64,000 bases of DNA from Spirochaetota bacterium (GTDB taxonomy: Bacteria > Spirochaetota > UBA12135 > COTS27 > CBDBHE01), in assembly GCA_965205605.1 (NCBI GenBank), contig CBDBHE010000007.1, positions 512,001 to 576,000 of the forward strand, given 5' to 3'. The notes under the pieces are model-generated. The model had not been told where the DNA came from. It ran no database searches and saw only the letters and a list, made by a program, of their open reading frames with translations. The translations under genes and the position numbers were made by a program. This document shows, one piece after another, positions 10,000 through 20,273 of this stretch. The first letter of the stretch is position 1, and each line of letters opens with the position of its first letter.

Positions 10000-10683
10000 T
10001 TTCTTTTTTAAATTATTAATAATAACAACAAACTCGCCTTTACAAGTTAGATTTTCAAACGTAGTCTTTAAAAAAGATACTTTTCCTTTAATAATTTCTT
10101 CATGTTTTTTTGTTAATTCTCTTGCGATAACCACTATTAAATTCTTATTATAATTATTTAAAATTTCAAGTAAATTTTTCATTCTATAAGGAGATTCATA
10201 CAAAACGATTGTTTTTTTTTCGTTTTCTAAAATTTCAGTTAATTGGTTTTCTCTTTTTTTCTTTTTATTGGGTAAAAAACCTATAAAAAGAGTGTTTTTA
10301 CTTGAAAACCCACAAATAGAAAGACCTGTACTAAGCGAACAAGCTCCTGGAATGGGTGAAATAACGATGCTATTTTCATAACAATAATTAATAATCGCAA
10401 AACCAGGGTCTGAAACATTAGGAGTGCCGGCATCACAAATCAGAGCTATTTGAGAATATTTTTCAAAAAGAGGTTGGAAATTTGTGTTTTTTTTTTCTCG
10501 ATAACTATTGTAAATTAACATTTTGTTATTGATTTCATAATGTTTTAAAAGCTTTCCGCTGACTCGAGTATCTTCTGTTAAAATCACATCACTGTTTTTT
10601 AAAGTTTCAACGGCTCGGTAAGTCATATCTTTTAAATGACCAATGGGAGTTGCAATGACATACAATATTTTTTCTTTAAGCAA
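9979..10683 (-). CDS. rsmI: 16S rRNA C1402 2'-O-methyltransferase
   Basis: LYVIATPIGHLKD, EDTRVS, DAGTPNVSDPG, YESPYR, ARELTKKHEE, KGEFV. Confidence 0.95.
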   Translation of the reverse strand: MLKEKILYVIATPIGHLKDMTYRAVETLKNSDVILTEDTRVSGKLLKHYEINNKMLIYNSYREKKNTNFQPLFEKYSQIALICDAGTPNVSDPGFAIINYCYENSIVISPIPGACSLSTGLSICGFSSKNTLFIGFLPNKKKKRENQLTEILENEKKTIVLYESPYRMKNLLEILNNYNKNLIVVIARELTKKHEEIIKGKVSFLKTTFENLTCKGEFVVIINNLKKKLSLGSD

Positions 10684-10693
10684 GGGTATTTTT

Positions 10694-12268
10694 TTAAATT
10701 TGGAGTTTATTTTTAAGATTATTATAAATAAACTCCAATGAATCTACTAAGGCTTGCCAAGAAGCTTCAATAATATTTTCTGAAATCCCAACGCTTCCCC
10801 AGTCAGTTTCTCCGTCTGTTGAACGAATAAAGACTCTTACTTTTGCGGAAGTTGCTTTTTTTGCATTTAAAACTCGTACTTTGTAATCAATGAGTTTAAT
10901 TTTACGCAAAAAAGGATACCGACTTTCAATGGCATTTCTTAAAGCTTTATCTAAAGAGGCGATTGGTCCGGTTTCACTTCCTTTTCCTTGGTAGATTTTT
11001 CCATTGACTTTAAGTTTGATTTTTGAGCTTGTTTCAATGGTATTTTCTTTGGTTTTAGAGGAATTTACTTGATAATTAATAAATTTAAAAAGAGGTTTGT
11101 ATTGTTTAATGACTTTTCTAATGAGTAATTCAAAAGAGCCTTCTGCAGATTCATATTCATAGCCTTCTTTTTCCTTTTGCTTAAGGATAGTGGCAATGGT
11201 TGTAATTTCCTTTGATTCTTTTTTAAAGCTCCCAAATTTGTTCATTTTATAAATGATCGTTGATTTACCGGCAAGTTCACTGAGTAAAATACGTCTTTTA
11301 TTGCCGACGAGTTCACCGTTGATATGTTCCATAAGTTTGGCATTTTTGATGATAACATCAGCATGTTGGCCTGCTTTATGAGCAAAAGCACTGAGACCGA
11401 CATAGGGTTGTCTTTCATCGGGAATGATATTGGCAATTTCTGCAATGTAGCGAGAGACAGGGGTGAGTAATTTGATAGATTCTTCATCAAAGATTTTTTT
11501 ATTTGTTTTAAAATGAATGTTGGGAATAATGGTACAAAGATTTGTATTGCCACAACGTTCCCCCCATCCATTCATGGTTCCTTGAATTTGTTTCACTCCA
11601 TAATCTAAGGCAATCAAAGAATTACTAACGGCAATCCCCGTGTCATTATGTAAATGAATGCCTAGAGAAATCTTTTTAATTTCGTTTACTTTTTTTAGGA
11701 TTTCAACAAACAGTTGGTGAGAGCAACCTCCATTTGTATCACATAAAACAACGGTATCAGCTCCTGCTTGATAGGCAGTGTTGATGGTTTTTAAAGCATA
11801 GGTAGGGTTATGTAAATAACCATCAAAAAAATGTTCGGCATCGTAGATGACTTCTTTGTTGTGTTTTTTAAAAAAACTAACCGATTCATCAATCATTTTT
11901 AAATTATCTTCTAAACCAGATTTAATGACTTCGATGACATGCTTGGTAGAAGATTTGCCTACAATAGTCACCACAGGGGTTTCTGCTTGTAAAAGAGCTA
12001 AAATATGGGGATCGGTTTCAACTTTATTACCTGATTTTTTAGTGCTTCCAAAAGCACTTATTTTTGCATTTTTTAAATTAATTTTTTGAATTTCTTTAAA
12101 AAATTGTTTTTCTTTTTCATTAGCAAGAGGAAATCCTCCTTCAATATAGTTGATGCCAATGGTGTCAAGAGCTTTTGCAACATTAATTTTATCTTCTAAA
12201 GTGAAGGAGATTTTTTCTCCCTGCATCCCATCTCTTAAAGTTGTGTCGTAGATTTCTACTTTTTTCAT
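10694..12268 (-). CDS. cimA: Citramalate synthase
   Basis: YDTTLRDG, YDAEHFFDG, LCDTNGG, HLHND, GERCGN, AHKAG, DYKVR, ENIIEASWQAL. Confidence 0.92.
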   Translation of the reverse strand: MKKVEIYDTTLRDGMQGEKISFTLEDKINVAKALDTIGINYIEGGFPLANEKEKQFFKEIQKINLKNAKISAFGSTKKSGNKVETDPHILALLQAETPVVTIVGKSSTKHVIEVIKSGLEDNLKMIDESVSFFKKHNKEVIYDAEHFFDGYLHNPTYALKTINTAYQAGADTVVLCDTNGGCSHQLFVEILKKVNEIKKISLGIHLHNDTGIAVSNSLIALDYGVKQIQGTMNGWGERCGNTNLCTIIPNIHFKTNKKIFDEESIKLLTPVSRYIAEIANIIPDERQPYVGLSAFAHKAGQHADVIIKNAKLMEHINGELVGNKRRILLSELAGKSTIIYKMNKFGSFKKESKEITTIATILKQKEKEGYEYESAEGSFELLIRKVIKQYKPLFKFINYQVNSSKTKENTIETSSKIKLKVNGKIYQGKGSETGPIASLDKALRNAIESRYPFLRKIKLIDYKVRVLNAKKATSAKVRVFIRSTDGETDWGSVGISENIIEASWQALVDSLEFIYNNLKNKLQI

Positions 12269-12403
12269 TTATTTTATTGTTTAATTTTTTACTATTGTAA
12301 CTTGCTTTATCTATTAGTAACAAATATTAAATAAAAATTTGTTGCTTTAATTATTTTTAAAATTTACGACAATATCTTAATAAAGACTTAAAAAAAAGAT
12401 ACG

Positions 12404-14320
12404 ATGTCACCTAAAATTATTGCTTTTGTTGGTAAAGGGGGAGAGGGAAAAACTCTTGTCGCCATTAACACGACGATTTCATTAGTGTATCTTTCTGCTT
12501 TGAGTAAAAAAAAATCTTTAAAAGTTTTGTATATTGATTGTGATATTAGTTTTTATAAAAAAAATACTAATTGGCAAATTGACACACCATTGTCCTTATC
12601 TGATTTTTTTAATCATAATGTCCCTTTAAAAGAAATTATTCAAGAAAAGAAGTTAAAAATTCAAAATCATGAATGCAAAGTCAGTATTTTACCAGGTCGC
12701 TTTGAAGCCATTGAAAATATAAGTAAAATCAAACTCTTACAAAGCAAGCTCAATGATTTAAATTATGATTTTTGGATTTTAGATATTGGGGCTGGTATTA
12801 AAGAGGGGATGTTTGAATTTGTGAATTTGGCTTCTGATATTTTTTTTATTACTCAAAATAATGTTCAGTCGATTCGCTCTATTGTTGACATTCTTTCGTA
12901 TGTTTATTTAAAAAATCCTTTAGCAAGGAAGTTGATGATTGTTAATCGAGTCAACTTTGAAGAAGAAAAAAAAGAGTTGCTTAAAACCATTAGCAGCGAT
13001 TATAAAGACAATCTTTCTATGAGAGATTTTTTTACTTTTTTTGAAACCAATAAAAATCAAATGGAAGGTCAACTTGAAGATACTAGAAAATGCTTAAAAG
13101 AATGTCTTTTTCAGAGAACCATTAACTTGCCAGAAGAACACATCAGTCCCATTAAACAAGGAAAATTAGGAGACTTTCTTTATCATCAAAAAGATCTATT
13201 TGATGATAAGTTTGGAATGGTTTTTGAAGCTGATTGGATACAAAAAAAAAAAATCGGCCATCAAGAACTTTTAGAAGTAACCCATAAGCTTTTTTTTAAT
13301 GAACATTTCCTTGATCCAGAAGGAGCTTGTTTTATTTATATTGCTTCTAAGCTTTTTTTTTCTCGTTCTATTTGGGATCAATTTTTTAATTTAGAAAAAT
13401 TATTTTTAAAAATTTTTAAAAAAAAAATGAATAAAAATAATCTTCGTTCAAAAAACTCGCATCAATTAGTTGATTATTTGTACTTGATGCCTTCTTTTCA
13501 GCACCTTTTGCCTAAAATCAAACTTTTTTTAGGATCTAAAGGGGGTATTGGTAGGACTCTTTGTCTTTCTTCTGCTTTAGATTTACAAAAAGATACGAAG
13601 AAAAAAATCTTAGTCGTTGATTTGTCTGTTTTTAAAGGATCAAATTATTCAACTATTTTACATTTTTTTAATAATGTTTTAGATACTTCTATTAAATCTT
13701 TAGTCGAAGGCGGTAGCCTTTTTTCTTTAAAAACACAACAAAAAAGTAAAAATATTGATTTATTTACTTTTAACCCTACCGTTCAACTAGAAGGAAGGGC
13801 GCATTGGTTTTTAGATCTTTTTATTAGTAAACTTTATGAAATCGATAAGAAAAAAAATTATGATTTAATTATTTTTGATTTTCCTTCTGGTATTGATGAG
13901 CGAAGTATTGTTTTATCAGCAGCTTGCTCGAATGTTATTTTAGCTCTAGACACTCATGACGGAGAATCGTATCAAAAATTTTTTCGTTATATTTATGAAA
14001 TGATGACTTTTTTAAATAAAGTAGAAATTGAAAACAGAAAGCCTCTTAATTTTATTCTCTTATTTCTAAAAAGTAAAAAAGATTATTCTAGTAAATTAGG
14101 GCAATTAAATAAAATTTTAGATCAATACATTAACAAACACTTTAAAACAGATTTGATTTCAAAAAAAGGTGTTTATAGTTTGAGTTTTTTAAATGAAATA
14201 AGGGCTTCTTTTACTTGTGGTGGTTATGAAGCAGGAAAATTAATCCCAACTCGTTGGTTAAATGAGAGTTCTATTTTTATTGAAGAAGTTAAAATCATTA
14301 AAAAGGTTTTTGGCTTATAA
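12404..14320 (+). CDS. Tandem two-domain MinD/FlhG/ParA-like ATPase
   Basis: Domain 1: GKGGEGKT, IDCD, LDIGAGI. Domain 2: GSKGGIGRT, VVDLS, FDFPSGI. Confidence 0.8.
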   Translation: MSPKIIAFVGKGGEGKTLVAINTTISLVYLSALSKKKSLKVLYIDCDISFYKKNTNWQIDTPLSLSDFFNHNVPLKEIIQEKKLKIQNHECKVSILPGRFEAIENISKIKLLQSKLNDLNYDFWILDIGAGIKEGMFEFVNLASDIFFITQNNVQSIRSIVDILSYVYLKNPLARKLMIVNRVNFEEEKKELLKTISSDYKDNLSMRDFFTFFETNKNQMEGQLEDTRKCLKECLFQRTINLPEEHISPIKQGKLGDFLYHQKDLFDDKFGMVFEADWIQKKKIGHQELLEVTHKLFFNEHFLDPEGACFIYIASKLFFSRSIWDQFFNLEKLFLKIFKKKMNKNNLRSKNSHQLVDYLYLMPSFQHLLPKIKLFLGSKGGIGRTLCLSSALDLQKDTKKKILVVDLSVFKGSNYSTILHFFNNVLDTSIKSLVEGGSLFSLKTQQKSKNIDLFTFNPTVQLEGRAHWFLDLFISKLYEIDKKKNYDLIIFDFPSGIDERSIVLSAACSNVILALDTHDGESYQKFFRYIYEMMTFLNKVEIENRKPLNFILLFLKSKKDYSSKLGQLNKILDQYINKHFKTDLISKKGVYSLSFLNEIRASFTCGGYEAGKLIPTRWLNESSIFIEEVKIIKKVFGL

Positions 14321-14340
14321 TTGTTTGAAAGGAAAATAAA

Positions 14341-15129
14341 GTGCTTCGTTTATTTGCAATCTCAGACTTGCATGTTGATTATCGAGAAAACAAAAATTGG
14401 GTTAATGCACTTTCTAAAAAAGATTATCAAAATGATTTTTTAATTCTTTCAGGAGATATTTCTAGTCGTTTTTCTCTTTTTAAAAAAACACTGGATCAAC
14501 TCAATCATCTTTTTAAAAGTGTTTTTTTTGTTTTTGGTAATCATGATCTTTGGATCGAACCCCCTTTTACAGACTCTCTTGAAAAATGGTTTTTTATTAA
14601 AAAAGATCTTGAAAAAATGGGTATTATTTTATCGCCGTATTTCTTTGAAAGTATTTTTTTTGTGCCTCTTTTTAGTTGGTATGATTTTTCTTTTGGGTCT
14701 TTAAACGAACCATTAGTTAAAAAATGGACTGATTTTAAAAAAATCAAATGGCCAGGTAATAAAAAATATCATGAAATAACCAATTATTTTTTGAAGGAAA
14801 ATCAAAAAAATCTTTTAATTTATCAAAAACGTTTTTTAAAAACAAACAAACAAACCCTTAAAAAAGTCATTACATTTTCCCATTTTTTACCAAGAATAGA
14901 CTTATTACCAAGTCCAATGCCTAAAATGATTGTGCAACTTCAAAGTGTTTTAGGGTGTCAAGGCATTGAAAAACAAATTAGGCAGATCAACTCTAATCTT
15001 CATATTTATGGTCATTTACATGCTTATCAGAGTGCGTTCTTTGAAGGAGTGCACTATCTTAATAGTGCTTTTGGATACCCTAGGGAAGCTCATTTAACAA
15101 AAAAAGCTCTTTTAGAAATTAATGTTTAA
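14341..15129 (+). CDS. Calcineurin-like metallophosphoesterase
   Basis: SDLH, SGDIS, GNHD, FSHFLP, GHLH. Confidence 0.9.
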   Translation: MLRLFAISDLHVDYRENKNWVNALSKKDYQNDFLILSGDISSRFSLFKKTLDQLNHLFKSVFFVFGNHDLWIEPPFTDSLEKWFFIKKDLEKMGIILSPYFFESIFFVPLFSWYDFSFGSLNEPLVKKWTDFKKIKWPGNKKYHEITNYFLKENQKNLLIYQKRFLKTNKQTLKKVITFSHFLPRIDLLPSPMPKMIVQLQSVLGCQGIEKQIRQINSNLHIYGHLHAYQSAFFEGVHYLNSAFGYPREAHLTKKALLEINV

Positions 15130-15612
15130 TTTTTTTTTTGTAATTTTTTTATATAATTTAGAATCAATAAGATTGGTATAATTTTTTTCATTTAGTTGAT
15201 TTTCAATAATATAAAGGGTTAACATTTTTTTTGTGACTTGAATTAATTTTTCTTTTTTCCAATTTGTATAAAGATAGGAATCAATTTTAGAATCTTTAAT
15301 TTGGTTCTTAATGGTTTTTGTTTTTGGTATTTTTGTAATAATGATTTTTCGAGTGTCGTGATAGCGGATGTCCCAATAAAGCTCTGCAAAAGAAGAAATA
15401 TTTTTTTTCTTCAGTCGCTCATGATCACTAATGATAAGACCGATCGTGTTTTTATTATTTGTTTCATAAAGGCTTTCCATAAAAGAAAAAACATTTTCTA
15501 CATAGCTAAACTCATAAATATTAATTTCGTTTTTAAAGCAATCAAGGGCTTTAATCAGTTTTTTTAAACCTATTTCTTGACGATTAATGCAAATAATATT
15601 AATTTTTTTCAT
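15112..15612 (-). CDS. Degenerate stand-alone response regulator receiver
   Basis: NIICI, GLIISDH, TRKIIIT and W..E.L pattern; acidic pair and conserved Lys are missing. Confidence 0.6.
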   Translation of the reverse strand: MKKINIICINRQEIGLKKLIKALDCFKNEINIYEFSYVENVFSFMESLYETNNKNTIGLIISDHERLKKKNISSFAELYWDIRYHDTRKIIITKIPKTKTIKNQIKDSKIDSYLYTNWKKEKLIQVTKKMLTLYIIENQLNEKNYTNLIDSKLYKKITKKKLNINF

Positions 15613-17548
15613 TTTTTTTTAAAAAATCTCTTATTCTAAGATAGTCATTTTCACTAAAAAATGGAAGATTTATTAACTTTTTTTTTTCACAATTTGCAAT
15701 ATTTTTAATAGAATTAAAATTCTTTAATAAAATTTTGATTTTTCCTTTCCCTAATCCTTTTATTTTCAATAAAGCACTTTGTAAATTTTCTTTATCTCTT
15801 TTGCTAATGTGGCTTTTATTGGTAAATCGATGGACTTCATTTCGTACTTGAATTAAAAAATTCAAAGCAGGGTTATCAATATTGAGCTGTAGACCTTCTT
15901 GTTTTTTGGGGACATAAATCATTTCTTCTTTTTTTGCCAAACTAATAATTGGTTGTCCTTTGATGCCAAGTTGATCTAAGCTTTTTTTTGCAGCACTTAA
16001 TTGTCCCTTTCCTCCATCAATTAAAATCAAATCAGGTAATGGTTTTTTTTCTTTTAAAAGACGCTGATATCTTCTTAAAACAGCTTCTTCTATGGATATA
16101 AAATCATTTTGTGTTTTGCTGGATTGGATATTAAAAAGACGGTAATTGCTGACATCTTTCTCTCCATTTTCAAATCGAACCATTCCTGCCATAATCGCTT
16201 GAGAAGCGGTATTGGCAATATCGAAGGCTTCAATGGTTTTAGGTTCTCTAGGTAGTTTTAAAAATTCTTTTAAATACTTTCCAACTCTTTTTTTTTCATT
16301 TCTTTTGATAGCTTCATGAAAAGAAACCTTTGCATTAAGATGAGCTAAATCTAGCAGTCTTTTTTTATTTCCTTTTAAAGCTTGGTTGATTTCAATGTGA
16401 TTAGATTTAAAATTTTTTTTAAAAATATCTTTAAGAATTTCTAAAGTAGTTTCTAAAAAAAATGGTTCAAAAGGAGTGATGATTTCACCAATAAATTCGG
16501 TATGATTTTTTCGATAATAGTCTAATAAAAAGTGTGAAAATACCCCTAAAATGATTTTTTGTTTATCATCTTCATCTATTGTTTTTAAAAGAATAGAGCT
16601 TTCAAATTCGTAATTTTTTTTATCATATAATTTTCCGTTGCGTATTTTAATAAGAGCGATTATCAGCAAGTCTTCGTTAATTGAATAATTAAAAATATCC
16701 ATATTATTTTGAGCGTGAGTGATTTCCAAGCGCTTTAATTTTAAAGATTCTAAAGTATCGATTCTTTTTTTAACGATGGCGGCTTTTTCATAATTAAGCT
16801 CTTTAATGTCGGTTTTCATAGTTTCTTTTAGTTGTATAACTAGCTTTTCGTGATTGCCCTTTAAAATAGCAGTGATTTCTTTTACCATTTCATCGATTGT
16901 TTCTTGTTTTATATTTCCTGTGCAATAATCTAAGCACAACCCTACATGAAAATAAGTACAAGGTTTAAAATACTTTGGAAATCGTTTTTGACGACACTTT
17001 TTTAAAGGATAAAGAGAGTGAATTAAATCATAAGTTTTGTATAAAGCAGATAAGTCCGTAAAAGGTCCAAAATAAAGCCCTAAATTTTTTTTAATTTCTC
17101 TTGTTTTAAAAAGCCTAGGAAAAACTTCTTTTGTTGTTAAACATAAATAAGGGTAAGTTTTTTGATCTTTTAATTGAATGTTATAAAAAGGTTTAAATTG
17201 TTTGATTTGGTCATTTTCTAAAAGAAGAGCTTCTTTTTCGTTTTTAGTAATAATAATTTCGATATCTTTAATTTTAGCGACGAGATGTTTTGTAAAGGCT
17301 CTAGTGTGGTTGGAAGTGAAATAAGATTGAACACGATTTTTTAAGTTTTTTGCTTTTCCAATGTAAAGAATCTTTCCTTTTTGATCAAGCATTTTATAAA
17401 TGCCGAATGTTTTAGGAAGATTTTCTATTTTTTTTTGTAATTTTAAATTGGGTTTAGAAGTATAATTTTTGAACAATTTTTCTATTGTAATCGTAATTAA
17501 GACGTTCTTTATTTTGATAAAAATTGGTGATTGTTTTATAACAATCAC
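15599..17548 (-). CDS. uvrC: Excinuclease ABC subunit C (true start probably TTG near 17476)
   Basis: GIY-YIG (GIYKM...LYIGKAKNLKNRV.SYF), EAFDIAN, LPDLILIDGGKGQL, HhH IKGLG. Confidence 0.95.
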   Translation of the reverse strand: MIVIKQSPIFIKIKNVLITITIEKLFKNYTSKPNLKLQKKIENLPKTFGIYKMLDQKGKILYIGKAKNLKNRVQSYFTSNHTRAFTKHLVAKIKDIEIIITKNEKEALLLENDQIKQFKPFYNIQLKDQKTYPYLCLTTKEVFPRLFKTREIKKNLGLYFGPFTDLSALYKTYDLIHSLYPLKKCRQKRFPKYFKPCTYFHVGLCLDYCTGNIKQETIDEMVKEITAILKGNHEKLVIQLKETMKTDIKELNYEKAAIVKKRIDTLESLKLKRLEITHAQNNMDIFNYSINEDLLIIALIKIRNGKLYDKKNYEFESSILLKTIDEDDKQKIILGVFSHFLLDYYRKNHTEFIGEIITPFEPFFLETTLEILKDIFKKNFKSNHIEINQALKGNKKRLLDLAHLNAKVSFHEAIKRNEKKRVGKYLKEFLKLPREPKTIEAFDIANTASQAIMAGMVRFENGEKDVSNYRLFNIQSSKTQNDFISIEEAVLRRYQRLLKEKKPLPDLILIDGGKGQLSAAKKSLDQLGIKGQPIISLAKKEEMIYVPKKQEGLQLNIDNPALNFLIQVRNEVHRFTNKSHISKRDKENLQSALLKIKGLGKGKIKILLKNFNSIKNIANCEKKKLINLPFFSENDYLRIRDFLKKNEKN

Positions 17549-18491
17549 CGGGGATAAAACTTAAGTAAGAAAGGACTCTTGTTGCAATTTTTTCATTGGT
17601 TAATTGGTTCATTTTATGAGTTGATTTTTGAGAAATATTAGGGGTTGCTTGGGAGATTTCTAAAAACCAGTTTGTGATGGCTTTGACTAAAAAATGAGCA
17701 TAATCAATATAATACCTTCGATCATCGGTGCTCGTGGTTCTTTTTACTGTAAATTGATGATGATTAAAAATAGCGTAAGCTTCGCTATAAATGATTTCTA
17801 AATCTTTTGGAAGGGAAGGTGCTTTTTTTTTAAAAAAAAATTCTTGTTCTTCTAAAAATCCTTTAGAAAAATCGGGATTGTTTTTTATTTTTGCATAAAA
17901 AATATGAGCAAGACTTGAAGGATACAATTCAGTTGTTTTTCTATAAGTTTCGATAACTTTTTGACTAATTTTTATTTGTTGTTCTTTTTCTATGTTAGGT
18001 AAGGCTTTAAAAAGAGTGTTTTTAAAGTTATCAATATTGGCTTCTATTTTTTCTATACTGAAATGGATCGATTTTTTTTCTTTAATTATTTCTAAAAAGC
18101 TTTGCTTTTTTAATTTTTGAATAATCTCTTTTATTAAAGCTAATTCTAAGTTTAATTGTTCATTAAATTTTTGAATAGAGATTATCCCTCGAAAAAAGTT
18201 AAGTCTTTTAGTAGGTTTTAAATATTGGTGATAAATATTTTCTCTTAACACAAGAAGATTTTTTTTTTGACAAATAATGTTTTTTTCTTCTTGAGTTAAT
18301 TCTATTAAAAAAGGAGTTTGATTTAGAAAAAAAATAAATTGATTGGATATTTTTTCTTTTTTTTTTATTTCTGATAAAGCTTCATAGATAAAAAGAGGGT
18401 TTGTTAAAAAGAGCAGCATGATTTTTTTAAAGCATTTTTTGATGGTAGCTGCTGAGTCGAGTTGATTTTGTTCTACTTTGATTTCTTCCAA
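17454..18491 (-). CDS. Hypothetical protein
   Basis: 345-aa ORF with GAGG RBS, in an operon with uvrC; no motif recognised. Confidence 0.7.
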   Translation of the reverse strand: MEEIKVEQNQLDSAATIKKCFKKIMLLFLTNPLFIYEALSEIKKKEKISNQFIFFLNQTPFLIELTQEEKNIICQKKNLLVLRENIYHQYLKPTKRLNFFRGIISIQKFNEQLNLELALIKEIIQKLKKQSFLEIIKEKKSIHFSIEKIEANIDNFKNTLFKALPNIEKEQQIKISQKVIETYRKTTELYPSSLAHIFYAKIKNNPDFSKGFLEEQEFFFKKKAPSLPKDLEIIYSEAYAIFNHHQFTVKRTTSTDDRRYYIDYAHFLVKAITNWFLEISQATPNISQKSTHKMNQLTNEKIATRVLSYLSFIPGDCYKTITNFYQNKERLNYDYNRKIVQKLYF

Positions 18492-18501
18492 AAGGATACC
18501 T

Positions 18502-18759
18502 CTAAAGTTGAGGGGTTAAAAGTAACAAAAAAAGATTAACAAAAACAAGCACGACAAAAGAACCTATTGTAATAATAGATAAATATTTTTTAGTTAAACA
18601 ATCTTTCATCTTTAGTAAATAATAAAAGACATAAAAAGGAATGAAAAGGATTAATAAGGCTTGATGAAAGCGTTTTTCTTTAATTTTTAAAAAAAAAGAA
18701 ATTAAAATCCCTAACAGGATAGAGAAAAAAGATAAATGATAAATGAATTTTAATAGCAT
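18502..18759 (-). CDS. Small membrane protein
   Basis: Three hydrophobic segments, LFIPFY. Confidence 0.65.
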   Translation of the reverse strand: MLLKFIYHLSFFSILLGILISFFLKIKEKRFHQALLILFIPFYVFYYLLKMKDCLTKKYLSIITIGSFVVLVFVNLFLLLLTPQL

Positions 18760-18926
18760 TTAAAATCTTACCATTTTTTTTATTTTTTTGAAGACTTATT
18801 TAATTCATTTGAGCCATTTTTTAAGAAAAAAAAATCTTTTTTCCTTTTTTCGATGAAGTTCTTATTTGAGTAAAAAGGTTTATAGGGTAAGCTTGATTGA
18901 TCCCAAAAGGGTTTTTTTGAAAAATC

Positions 18927-19610
18927 ATGAATCCATTTCGAATATTTTTATTTTTAAAGCTTCTTTTACTTTGCTTTTTTTTTACCAATGCTTATCCTTA
19001 TAGTGGTGAAGAGATTTATAATTTAATTAAGTCAGGGCATCAAAGGATTTTTCCGAAACAATTTAGAGCTACCGTTGATTCACTTTTAGTCACTAAACAA
19101 TTAGAAACGATTCCAAGAGATAAAGTGATTTTTGGAAAGAGGCCTTATGTTCAGCTTCTTTTTAAAGAAAAGCTTCCATTAAAACTAAAAGTAAAAAATG
19201 TAGAATCTTACTATAAAGATTTTTTTGAAGTGTATGAGGCGATTTTAATTCGTTCGGGGTTCTTTTTTGGAGTTAATCAATTTTATACAGCAGCTTCTTT
19301 TTTAAAGGCTTACCGTCTTGTTTGGGATGCGGCTCAAAAGAGGGTGCAAATTTTTGAAAGAGAAGAGTTACCAGGGGATTATGGATTTTTTTATGTGGAT
19401 GAAAGTTTTAAAATCATTCGAAGTGAGTTTTTTGAAAATAATAAAAAAATAGGAGAAATTAAGTTTGTCCATAAAAAAATTAAAGAGTTTGTTGTTATTG
19501 ATACCTTATCGATATGGTTTTTGGAAGAGGGTACTCATAAAAAAATTACTTTTGATGTAAAGCTGAGTCGTTTTGATTTTTCTTTTTTTTCTTCGGTTTT
19601 ATTTGATTAA
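18927..19610 (+). CDS. Exported hypothetical protein
   Basis: Signal peptide ending AYP; beta-rich C-terminus. Confidence 0.7.
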   Translation: MNPFRIFLFLKLLLLCFFFTNAYPYSGEEIYNLIKSGHQRIFPKQFRATVDSLLVTKQLETIPRDKVIFGKRPYVQLLFKEKLPLKLKVKNVESYYKDFFEVYEAILIRSGFFFGVNQFYTAASFLKAYRLVWDAAQKRVQIFEREELPGDYGFFYVDESFKIIRSEFFENNKKIGEIKFVHKKIKEFVVIDTLSIWFLEEGTHKKITFDVKLSRFDFSFFSSVLFD

Positions 19611-19612
19611 TT

Positions 19613-20071
19613 GTGATTAAACTCATTGCTTCTAATAAAAAAGCGTATTACAACTACTTTATTAAAGAAGAGTATGAAGCGGGCCTTGTGCTAACAGGGG
19701 GAGAAACAAAATCGGTACGTCTTGGTCGAGTAAGTCTTAAAGAATCTTATGCTCATATTTCTAAGTTTTTTGTCCCAGAAATCATTAATTTGAATATCAA
19801 AGCTTATGAACAAGCCACTCAAATGGAAGTACAACCTAAAAGAATAAGACGACTTTTATTGCATAAAAAAGAAATTAAAAAACTTCAAGAATTAATTCAG
19901 AAAAAAGGTTTGACGTTAATTCCTTTAAAGCTTTATTTTAAAAATCAATGGATTAAAATTAAGATTGGGGTTTGTGTAGGGAAAAAACTTTACGATAAGA
20001 GAGAAAGCATTAAAAAGAAACAAATTGAAAGAGAAATTCAATCAGAAATAAAAAAAATTAAAATAAAATAG
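19613..20071 (+). CDS. smpB: SsrA-binding protein
   Basis: NKKAYYNY, EAGLVLTGGETKS, RRLLLHKKEI, GKKLYDKR. Confidence 0.96.
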   Translation: MIKLIASNKKAYYNYFIKEEYEAGLVLTGGETKSVRLGRVSLKESYAHISKFFVPEIINLNIKAYEQATQMEVQPKRIRRLLLHKKEIKKLQELIQKKGLTLIPLKLYFKNQWIKIKIGVCVGKKLYDKRESIKKKQIEREIQSEIKKIKIK

Positions 20072-20076
20072 TTTAT

Positions 20077-20105
20077 TTGACTATTTTGATCATTTCTGTT
20101 ATACT
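20077..20105 (+). promoter_or_regulatory. sigma70 promoter upstream of rho, with long leader
   Basis: TTGACT-N17-TATACT. Confidence 0.7.
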
Positions 20106-20273
20106 CATTTACCTAATATTAAGTAATTTCACTTTTTTATTTTTATCCAAAGCTCTTAAAGATTTTTTTTTGATTAAGTAATTTAGCAAATTAATTTTAT
20201 ATTGTTAATTAAGGTTAATAAAAAAATAAAATTTTTGATTTTAAATAAAATAAGTAAGTAAATAGTTTTTAAA

